DNA of 64,000 nt from Antedon mediterranea (taxonomy: Eukaryota; Animalia; Echinodermata), in NCBI RefSeq assembly GCF_964355755.1, contig NC_092670.1:19020795-19084794 (forward strand), in the 5' to 3' direction. A program made the translations under genes and the position numbers. Each line of letters starts with the position of its first letter. The stretch's first letter is position 1. The notes beneath the pieces are model-generated. The model worked only from the letters and a program-made list of their open reading frames with translations. It was not told where the DNA came from and made no database searches. This document shows positions 51,487 to 62,784 of the stretch, one piece after another.

Positions 51487-53987
51487 ATGCCTGGGTAAGT
51501 CTCAATTTGGAAATTATGCAAATCGTTCAAGCCAAAACATCTAATTAAAATATAAAATATTTAAACAGAGGGTAGGCCTAATATTTTAAAGGTTAACAAC
51601 TCTCGTTTTTTTTTAAACAATCACCCATAAAGTATACTAAAACAACAGTCTCAATTAAAAAAAACTACACATAATGAATATTTATAATAGTATTTAACAT
51701 GGTAACTCTATCTTTTTAATCAATTTTTTTTTTATAGAAATTCATCGTCAACAAACTACGGCTTTGGAGAAGTATCAAGAAAAAGAGGAGAATGGAAAAA
51801 ATATGCAGCATGTGTTTTTGTTGGTTTATTTGTTGGTCTATTGGGGTGGATGGCACCAGTTGTTCCACTGCAAAGAATTAAACAAATATCTGTGAATGGG
51901 ACAAAGCTTGACCAACCCGATTTGTACTTCCTTAATATCTACCACTTGGTATTTTTTCTGCCTATAGTGTTTTACAGCGCCATCATTGTGAAATGGCTCC
52001 AGTGCTTTTTTGTGATGGTAGAAGAATTAAAACACATAAAAACTCGTCATAAGAACTCATTTCGCACATTAGTTGAGAACTGCTACCAAGTTTTCTGGAC
52101 ATTAAAATCGTGGGTAGGACTTGGGATTTCATTGCTTATTGTGCATTGGATGAGAAGTATGGATAAAGAACTATTTGATAACCATTTTGTAATGTACTGG
52201 CCGATTGTGGTAACATCCGTTGGTATTAACTTAATTACCAACTACATACTGGGTTTTGAGGTTTGTATCAAACTAAATGAAAGTATACAGCTAATTTACA
52301 GACGACAATGTCCAAATTTATGGGAATCTGTTTAATTGCTTATGCAGATTTGGAAAATATCTAGTTTTGGGATAGTTTCTGATTTTCCAAGTATTCACTG
52401 CTTTAATTGATATAGTATTAACCTGACAGAATGTCTATTAAACACCATTCTAGGCTAACTAACATTTTTGTGCCCAGTGGACTAGTTCTCATCAAGCTTA
52501 TTTAACAGTAATCTTTATTATTCAGCGACATTTATAGTAATGCACTTGTTATTTTAAACTTTGCAGACTCTATCAGTTGTTGAACTGAGTGAAATCCATG
52601 AATCTAGCAATGTCTATGTCGCACAGGGCCTAGCATGGAGTTACTTCACTGGCTATCTCAAAATTATTCTGAAAGGTTTGTAATTTAGTGCATTTTTAAG
52701 ATTCATTACTTTTACAAAATTAACTTCAAACTTTATTTTTTGCATTTAGAAACTTTTTTTTTTTAAACAGAATTGGTTAAAGTAGAGTAGGGGTTACCCT
52801 GGTGTATTGGTTAGTTTCAATGTGTCCTGAAAAAACGAATGAGCGATGTTTATTGGAAGCGGTATGATGACTATTGTGTAGATTGTCCCAGTTACGCTAC
52901 ACATTTACAAAACAGGCTTTTTCTTTTTTTTTTTGCAGATCTTCAAGGAACTATTAAGAAAGATGAAAAAAAGTGGAAAAAAGAATATGAAGATGGAAAC
53001 TTGCAAAGCAAATTTTATGCTATTATTCCTCTCAACTGTAAAATTCCTTCCAAACTTGGAGAGAGTGAAAAACACAGAGGAATTACTTTTGAGGGCAAGC
53101 TGCCTACTTTGTTTGTCGATCGTGCAGGTGTAAAAGACAGACCTTACGTTAATTCAGTTTACAAAATTGACAATGAAAAAGGCGAAGTAAGTATAAATAG
53201 ATAATTTATTGTTGTTCTATCAATCTTTACAACAAGAGAGTGACTAAATCTACTAAACATTGTCTCTTGTTTGCTGCAGGAATGTAAAAAAAAAAAGATG
53301 TTATCTGTCAATGCTTTTTTAATGTAAAAATGTCTTCTTCTTTTAGTATCACTATGCCATTTGTGAATATGTGACCATCATTGATACACTGTTCCAGATG
53401 CCTTCATGTACTGATTTTGACCCACAAAACCGTGAAGAACAGTGCCGCTTGCTTGTCAGGAAACTTAGGGAATTGATTGAAAGTGATGATGAATGTCGAG
53501 AAAAATGCGTAATTGTGATGTTTTCAGGTAATCTTTTTTTTACTATTGTGTCATTTCCAATAGAATATATTTGGTGAAATTTGTGACATGTCAGTTAACA
53601 ATGGTTTGACATCCCTTTGTTCAGATAAAGGACTTGACCTGTGACAAGCTCTGTGTTGGCCATTTATGTACAATTCTAAACTTAATTGTAAATGATGCAA
53701 AACTGATTCATTTACTTTGTCTAAAGCTCTGTCTACACTTGATGTGGAAAAAAATGTGATGTGGCCATATATGGACATGGTGATGTTATATCACTAATTT
53801 AAGCGTATCACTACCATATTTGGGCACATCACACTTTTTTTGTCAAACTAGTTTGATAGTGTAGACAGAGCTTAATAATCATGTTAATAATGTTATTGCT
53901 TTTCTTTCAGGGGAAGATGAAGGCCCTCTATTAAGAGATGTTCTTCTTGACAGAATAAAAGAAAACCGGTTACAGATCAATGGCTAG
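51487..53987 (+). CDS. STING1: STING paralogue A (stimulator of interferon genes), 381 aa, no C-terminal tail
   Basis: Exons 51487-51494, 51738-52260, 52567-52675, 52939-53186, 53347-53527, 53911-53987; 1146 nt, open. Motifs: VSRKRG, four TM segments, [81 protein letters not shown]. Confidence 0.95.
53725..53872. mobile_element. Harbinger/Tourist-like MITE in the last intron of STING-A, TAA TSD
   Basis: taa|agctctgtctacact ... gtttgatagtgtagacagagct|taa; absent from the equivalent introns of STING-B and STING-C. Confidence 0.85.
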
Positions 53988-56456
53988 AAGCGAATGTCTA
54001 AGTGTGTTATGATGTGTCATGGTTTTTTAAGAGGCTGTGGAGATTTTTAATATTAAAATGTTTTTATGTATATTTTTGTTTGGCATCCTGACTATACGAG
54101 TTTGTTTTTGTCTACAATTGAATTAGATTCATTTTGTTGTGGTATTTTTTTAATTTAAATTTAAATTCTTAAACTTTGACATCTCACTATGTAAAAAGTG
54201 CAAGTGAAGGATTGTATGTATTATGTTGACTTTAACCAGGGTATTTTTATTTTATCTATTTTATTTAATCAAGATCAACAGTGGCACAAATTTATATTAT
54301 TTTCAAATAAAATGTATATATTAGTGTCTTTTATCATTTTTTACAAATAACAAATAGATGAACTTCCATTAACCCTATTCTATAACAATACAAGTATATA
54401 CAGTAGTTAAAATTCTGCAACAATGGTGGGCATTTCTTTTCCTTTTTCATTTATTTTTCATTCATCAAGACTCAACAGATTGACACTATACAATATTATG
54501 TAAATATTTTTCCATAAATATAATATTCATAAATAATGAATATACAATAGAAAGGACTTACATTATTATAAGATAAGATGAAATATACCAAAATCTATAT
54601 GTAAAGTAAACTGTTTAGTTTAAAATGTATTACGATATAACATACATCATATTTTTGATACTTAATACTATTCATATAAAGTAGTTAATTAGAATAGGTA
54701 AAAATATTCATGATTTTCTGCAATTTCTGTTAATTATTTAAGTTGTTGTGTTTCATGTCTATAATGTCAATATTTGCTAAAATGTATTTTGGTGCAGAAT
54801 GAAGTATTGATAAAAGGTAATTCAAGATAAATGATTTATTTAATTGAAATTCATGAATTGGACTTTAGAAAGCACAACAAATAAAACATACTTTTCAGCA
54901 TCCGTCGTATCATTGATTGTACTGTAGTACTATTAATATACCGTAAAATATTTATGGAGGTGAACAAATTTTAATTGTCGATAACAAGTAACAACATAAA
55001 TGTTAGAAACACATATACGAACAGTAATAAACGCCGAATATATATTTTAAAAGTTGGATATATTAATAAGAAGCCACACAAATAATGATAAAGAATGGGT
55101 TTTTTTTAAACCGTTTGAAAAATGGTAAAACTGACGAGTGTATTGAAAATGACTCCAATGTTATGCGTCGTCGGGGGAAATAAACATTTAAAACCGTAAT
55201 AGTAACGGCTTTTCATCTATATATAAATTTACGTAAGGGCAAAATTCGGTAAATCTCGGTTTATTTCTAGAATTTCTACTCGATGGTATATAAAGTTGGT
55301 TCATACTTTCGGTACTGATTTTAACCATCTGATGTAACCCTGTTTACTAATTAAATTGAGTTAGGTAATTAGTTATTGACGATTAAAACGAATTTAGGTT
55401 CAACGATTTGCCCCAAATAGGGGTGTTGTCCGATCGTGGTATACACTGTCTAATGGATGTCCATCTTGAAAAATACCCGCCACAAAAATACGAGGAGGCT
55501 TCGCATTTTCCTATCTCCTCCTACGATAATTGTTTTTAATAGCTGAAAACTGGTTGAACAGCTAGAGTACAGCATCATAATGTTGAAGACGGGCCGATTT
55601 TCTTAAAAAAATACTATTTTGATAGATTTAATATACGATTATACAAATGTATTGATTTGCGATGAATGGAACATTCCAATCTCTGTTTCACAAGTGTCTA
55701 TTCCCTCAGGCGTCGTAAAGGCAAGTACAGTACTGTATACTCGAAATTCGATCCATTTTTGTTTTCAATCTGTGCTGCAGAGGTTGGATATAATTTTTTT
55801 TTTAAACGGATAATGAGCTAGCGTTTTCACTCGCCGTATATTATGTACAAATCTTTATTATTGCAGTTAAACCACCCACATCATCACCTTTCCCTCACTG
55901 GCATGAGTAGCGTTGTAAAACCAGTAGAGAATAGGCCGCGCCTACGGTACATAACATGCCCTAAACGCAGAACAACTTTGGTGGGTAGGGTAGGAACCAA
56001 CTTAAGTATAAATTGGCTCTAAGAAACAATTGAAACCATTAGGCCTACTAATTAAGTTGAGTTAGATAATTTAATATTATGTTTTACTGTGTTTAGTGGT
56101 ATATTATTTGTAAAACATGAAAGCAATTAATATTTCGTTACTAAATGGATAAAGAATATATTTTAACATTGTTCCTCTTTGCACCCATCCTCTTCCCCAT
56201 CCCTCAACCCTAATATTACATACAAAACACAAATTAAGTTTGTTTAAATTTGACTTAAACAATTGGTCTTATTTGTGACAAGTTTCTCTTTCGGAAGTAA
56301 TAGGGTGCTAATTTTAGTTGAGTACATAAATCACAGTGTCTATTTATTCGTTCCTGTACACGACATGTATTATTGTCCTGCGGTACGTACATTTGAAATC
56401 GCCAGTTTTTTAACGCTGAAATTATTATGTATTCGAGAACCATCTGTGAGCACGAC

Positions 56457-56493
56457 CTAGATGGTACGCGAGCGAAGCGAGCGTACCATCTAG
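56457..56493 (+). other. Perfect 13-bp-stem hairpin ending in CTAG|T; probable Helitron 3' terminus
   Basis: ctagatggtacgc-gagcgaagcga-gcgtaccatctag|t. The GCGAAGC mini-hairpin plus terminal CTAG before T fits Helitron ends. 5' end not located. Confidence 0.5.
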
Positions 56494-56703
56494 TATTATT
56501 AATTTTTCTAAATCTTCATATGTGTTCGCATTATGTAACACAACGACAACATATTGTTCATTTAAATTTAGATACAAACATTTGTTGATCATTTGCATAT
56601 GAACGAGACGAGATGTGCCAAGGGTCGTTGTCAACAATGGCCTCATAACGGTCGTCATAAATTTATAATTGTAACCAGTAGTATTGAGTCTACAATTTTT
56701 ACA

Positions 56704-58556
56704 ATGGCGGGGTAAGTTTTCCCTGTTTTCTGTTACTAAAGATAATTTAAACTGTAAATTACGATTCCATAATATATTTTGTATTGTAGGTGTGATCACT
56801 GCATTGCAAACAACACACCGGGAACAACTCACATACTTATGTGGTGCCGAAAAAACGAGGTGAAAGGACACGATATACGGCCAACTTGTTTTGTTTTCTA
56901 TTCGGTATTTATAGTTTTTATTTGATCGCAACTACAGTTCAACTTGAAAAGATGGAAGAAAGAAGCTTTTGCAACTGGACACTAACGGCTGGCGAAGAAG
57001 AGTTATGTCTTGTCCGTGAATACAACCATGTATTCTCTCTGCCTGTCCTATTTTTCAGTGCCATCATCTCAAAAATTGTTATGTGCTTGTTCGTGTTGGC
57101 CGAGGAATACAAGCACAAGCAAAGTCGCCACAATAATTCAAACCGCCAGTTGCTTAAAAATTGCTTCCAGGTATTTCTGACAATGAATTTTTTAGTGGGA
57201 TTTTGCATTTTACTGGTTTCCCTATATTGGATAAGGAGTAAAGATATATATCTTTTTACCAATCACTGGTCACTCAACTGGCCAAACATCATAACGTCGG
57301 TCGGTGTCACAGTCATTACGAACTACGCATTTGGTTTCAAGGTTTGTACAGTTTTTTAGTAGGGCCTATATGATATTCTTAACATAAATAGGCTAATTTT
57401 GGACTTTTATGAAGCTGTTCTTAACTAGTTAACCAGTTGACCCACAACAATGAGCCATTTTTGTAGTTGTTTTTATTTTTTTTTATTTTCTATAGTCACT
57501 ATCAGTTGTTGAAAACAGTGAAATCCATGAATCTAGCAATATCAATGTTGCACAGGGTCTAGCATGGAGTTATTTTACCGGGTATCTAAAAATCATTCTG
57601 AAAGGTTTGTGAATTAGCTTTTTTGCCTTAAAAATCAAAAAATAAACAATAACAAATCTTCAAAAATAATTTTTAAAAAAATACTTTATTTAACACTGTG
57701 CATATACTAGTCTTCTTTCACATCGTCTGTTCTCTGAATTATATTACTAATATATAAAGTCATTCATTCTTTTACATTAAGCTGTATGAATATATCATTT
57801 TATCTCAGATCTTAAAGGAACTATAGAAAAAGATGAAATATGGAAACGTGAATTAAATCAGGGAAACCTGCAGTGCAAATTTTATGCTATTATACCTCGG
57901 AACTGTAGCATTCCTTCCAAACTTGGAGACAGCGACAAACACAGAGGAATTACAATTGTCAGTGATTTACCGGTTGTTGAAGAACCTCGTGCTGGTGTTA
58001 CCAGGAGGTACATTAATTTAGTCTACAAAATTGAAAATGAAGAAGGAGTTGTAAGTAAAATCTGTACTGTAGTGCTAGTTCATATATAATAAATGGATAG
58101 CTAAGAAGTGGTTACTTTTTACAAAATATTTCAATATAGAGCCTTTTCTTTCAGTCGCACTATGCCATTTGTGAATATGTGACCATCATTGATACACTGT
58201 TCCAGATGTCTTTGTATACTGAATTTAATGCACAGAAACGTGATGATCAGTGCCGTTTGCTCGTCAGAAAACTTACGGAACTAATTGATAGCAACGAAGA
58301 TTGTCGAAATAAATGCGTCATTGTGCCTTTTTCAGGTAAACACAAAATAGTGTCTAAACCAATCATGTTTGCCCTGAAATTGTATGCGTGACTTTGTTTT
58401 ATTTAAGAACATACAATCTTGATCTGAAATGGATTAATTTACTTTGCCTAACAAATTTGTTTAATTTATTGGTTTTTTTCAGGTGCAGATGATGGCCCTC
58501 TGTTAAGAGATGTCCTTCTTGATAAAATCAAAGAAAATCGGGTACAAATTAATTAG
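56704..58556 (+). CDS. STING1: STING paralogue B, with an apparent 1-nt frameshift at the start of exon 2 (possible pseudogene, variant allele or assembly error)
   Basis: Exons 56704-56711, 56790-57341, 57496-57604, 57809-58050, 58155-58335, 58483-58556; total 1166 nt, not a multiple of 3. Otherwise intact: [62 protein letters not shown]. Confidence 0.9.
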
Positions 58557-59936
58557 TGGCTAAAAGTTGACTGAAAATGTATTATGATTACTGTAGCAGT
58601 GCCAGAGTAATCCTCGCCACAAGTGCCCATGATCTGACCATATATTTTGTCTACTTTTGATTTGATTTTGGTGGGGAGTTTTTTTTAGTTTCAATTTTTA
58701 TTTGCAATTCTTAGAATTCAAAATAATTTCAGTATCATATAGGCCTATATTTTTATGAAAAAACCGTAAAAATAAATGAACTAAATACAATTTTTTATAA
58801 CAATATTAGTACAGTATACAGGTTTTAACTTTAAACAAGGTATTTTTATTATTTTTGTTTTGTATCAAGGCTGAATAGTAAGTAACCAATTTCTGAATTA
58901 AGTGTGATGGGTTAGGGTTTTATTCAAATTTTGTTTGCATTTCTTAGAATTAAAAATAATTTCAGTATCATATATATTATTATGAAAATACTAATAAATG
59001 AACTTTTCTATAATAATATAAGGACAGTATACAGGTCTTAACTTTGAACAGGGTATTTTTATTTATTTTTTATTTTTTTATCAAGGCTGAATAGTGTTTT
59101 CCTTTTATGCATTTTATATATATAGATACTTGAAAAGTACTGATTAAAGGTTAATCAAATTAACAGTTAGTATAGTTAAATGCACATTTTATAATAAAAT
59201 GTTTAGTTAGTAATTCTGCGTCATTTATCATTATAGTATTATTGATATACAGAATAAATGAAAACAAATATTAATCATTTGGTGTTCATGTCTATAATGT
59301 AAATATTTGCCAAATAATAATAATAATAATAATCATCATATTTTGTGCAGAATGATTGTTGATAAAAAGGAATACAAAGTAAATGATTTTTTAAAATACG
59401 AACAGTAATATCCTAGAGTGTTAAAAAGAGTCATTATTTGAATCACCAACCATGAAAGCCCCGGTATTTTAATGGATTTCGGGTTCGATTTACACATATA
59501 ATTGAACATATAAAGAGCCACATATGACATGAAAGAACCTCACAACAAGTGTTAAAAAGAGCTGTATAAAATGGGCCGATTATTAATGACAATGCGCGCG
59601 CCGATCGAAATAATGTATTAAATGCGCGTGTCACATTACTCATTTTTCTAAAGCTTTTGTTCTCATGAAACATAACGATATTATATTCTTATGGAAAATC
59701 CAATTTAGATAATTTTAGATACTAGTTTGCATATAATGAACGATACTGTAGGCCATTGTCAACATTATACTCGATCCTGTTAAACCGGCATAACGCCAAT
59801 TGCAATTCGTCAAGAAAAGGGTCAGTATCGTTTCAAAGTTCAATCCTCGTTTCTCTCATAACATTTATTAATATCTTGTTATTTTTTTTCTCATTTTTAT
59901 ATACAGTATTATTGTGTATCCAGTGTATGTACAACA

Positions 59937-62784
59937 ATGGCTAGGTAAGGTTCCTCATAATTATTCTATGCTGATAAAAATATTATGATGTAAGCCTCTT
60001 ACAATAGTGGGGCTGATATTAAGTGGAGTGGTATTGATATTAAGTGGAAAGAGCTGATAACGTCAGCTCCATGATCTATGCTATAGTAAATATAATTTTA
60101 ATTGTTTCACCATTCCAATGGTTATTCACCAAACCCCAATATTACGGTACCAATTACGGCATTATTTATCAATAGGAATTCTTATTCTTCTGGGTGTCGA
60201 GAGATACCAAAAAGGCGAGGCAAGGCCAATGAAATTGCAGCAATTATTGTTGGTATATTATGTATGATTTATTTGTGTGTGGTGTGGATGATTATCAAAG
60301 TGGAAACGCTAGGCGAAGGTGACATATTCTTTCAATGTATGTATAACTCTCTATCTGCTCTGCCAGTGATGTTGGTCTGTACCATCATTACAAAATGGTT
60401 TTTTTGCTCTTTTGTGCTGATCGAAGAACAGAATCACACGAAAAGTCGTTACGATGGTAACAGTTGGCTGCTATTTAAGAACTGTTTCCAGGTATTTTTG
60501 ACAAGAAATTTCGTCTTAGGAGTAGTATTCTCCATTGTTATTGTGATTTTGGTGATAAGTAGCGGTACAGATAGTTTTTACAAGTTCTTCGTCACCAGCT
60601 GTCTGAATTCCATAACAGCAATCGGTGTTTCAATCATTACAAACTACATTTTCGATTTTAAGGTTGGTACGTATAGGCTGTAGTATAATATAAATAAAGT
60701 TTGATACCAATTAAAATATATTTGTTGATTAATTTTATTTATAAATATCACAGACACTATCAGTTGTTGAGCTCAGTGAACTTGATGAATCTAGTAATAC
60801 CAATGTTGCAAAGGGCCTAGCATGGAGTTACTTTACTGGATATCTGAAAATCATTTTAAACGGTATTTATCAACCATTATAAAGTAGTATTTTTGCTAAT
60901 TAATTTTAATTTCTTAGTCTTTGACTAATCTTTAATTGCTTAGTCTTTGACTAATCTTTAATTTCTTAGTCTTCGACTACTCTTTAATTTCTTAGTTGTT
61001 GACTAATCTTTAATTGCTTAGTCTTTGACTACTCCTTAATTTCTTAGTCTTTGACTAATCTTTAATTGCTTAGTTTTTGACTAATCTTTAATTTCTTAGT
61101 CTTTGACTAATCTTTAATTTCTTAGTCTTTGACTAACCTTTAATTTCTTATAGTCATTGACTAATCTTTAATTTCTTAGTCTTTTTTGACTAATCTTTAA
61201 TTTCTTAGTCTTTGACTAATCTTTAATTTCTTAGTTTTTGACTAATCTTTGATTGTTTAGTCTTTGACTAATCTTTGATTTCTTAGTTTTTGACTAATCT
61301 TTGATTGTTTAGTCTTTGACTAATCTTTAATATCTTAGTCTTTGAATAATCTTTAATTTCTTAGTCTTTGACTAATCTTTGATTGTTTAGTCTTTGACTA
61401 ATCTTTGATTTCTTAGTGTTTGACTAATCTTTGATTGTTTAGTCTTTGACTAATCTTTAATTTCTTAGTCTTTTTTGACTAATCTTTAATTGCTTAGTCT
61501 TTGACTAATCTTTAATTTCTTAGTTTTTGACTAATCTTTAATATCTTAGTCTTTGAATAATCTTTAATTTCTTAGTCTTTGACTAATCTTTGATTGTTTA
61601 GTCTTTGACTAATCTTTGATTTCTTAGTCTTTGACTAATCTTTGATTGTTTAGTCTTTGACTAATCTTTGATTTTTTAGTGTTTGACTAATCTTTGATTG
61701 TTTAGTCTTTGACTAATCTTTGATTTCTTAGTTTTTGACTAATTCTTAATTTCACTTAAAAATGTACTGTTTTTAGTATTAGTATTATTTAGTATTATTC
61801 TTATTTTATATCTTTGCAAATCATGGGAATAACACACATCAATCATTTTGTATCATTGATTGGTTGTAAGGTTCGTGTTTCACAAGAAAAAGTTATAGTA
61901 ATACAAAACAATTCTTTTCCATCAGATCTTAAACAAACGGTCGAGAACGATGTAAGATGGAAACAAAAATTGGAAAACAAAACATTAAAATGTGTATTCT
62001 ATGCTATTGTACCTCTGAACTGTAAAGTTCCTGCTGATTTGATTGAATATAAGGAAGGTATTACGCGTGTGGGTGAGTTGCAACCTGTGTCAAAAAATCG
62101 TGCTGGTATGAAAAGGGAGTACACTATTCCAGTATACAAAATTGAAAAAAAAAACAACGAAGTGAGTATAGACTTTAAGAAGTGCATGTGCGCAGCTTCT
62201 ACTAAAGACATTAAAATAAATATTTGACTGGTATTTGCATATACAATATTTAGTCATAGTCTTTAAATCAGTCCATTAAGTAAGTGTGACTATAAGAAAT
62301 CTTATTTTTTAGCCACCATTCTTTGTTATTTGTGGGTATGTGACCATCATCGATACGCTGTTTGAGATGACTAACTTTATTAAATTTGAAGAAAAGAAAC
62401 GTGAAGAGCAATGTCTACTGTTCATAAGGACACTTCAGGAATTAATTGACGACAATTGCGAAGAAAAGTGCGAGATTGTGACTTTGTCAGGTAAGCCTTG
62501 AGTACCAAAGATGGAGAAGGGTAGTAACACTATATTTTGTCTGCCTAGATTGCGTAACGTAGGCCTTCTCTACACCTACACACAAAAAACCTCCTATATG
62601 TTGAGCTATTTGACACATAAAGAATTAACCGGTAATATTAAGTTCAACAGGCTTTTGAAATCTTGGCTAATCAATGTCATTTTTAGGTGACGACTCTCTG
62701 ATAGATGCTCTTTATAAAAAAAGAGAGAAAGAGAACAAGAACGAGGGCGGAGAAACTCGACTGTCAATGAGTACTGATGTATAA
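59937..62784 (+). CDS. STING1: STING paralogue C, 371 aa, divergent pocket and short C-terminal extension
   Basis: Exons 59937-59944, 60176-60662, 60754-60862, 61926-62161, 62313-62490, 62687-62784; 1116 nt, open. Motifs: [64 protein letters not shown]. Ends ...[22 protein letters not shown]. Confidence 0.93.
60905..61755. repeat. Minisatellite, roughly 32 copies of a 26-bp unit tttaatttcttagtctttgactaatc, in STING-C intron 3
   Basis: Head-to-tail degenerate copies; each unit contains the palindrome ttagtc-ttt-gactaa. Confidence 0.95.

Noticed and set aside
47023-51740. CARD-CC–STING-A read-through fusion protein
   Set aside because: The STING-A first coding exon has an in-frame TAG (51466-51468) upstream of its ATG. 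Joining the only phase-2 CARD donor (47023, TG) to STING exon 2 (A) creates TGA. The CARD gene has its own stop at 48226.
60905-61755. Palindromic repeat array resembling CRISPR
   Set aside because: No spacers; it is a head-to-tail intronic VNTR.
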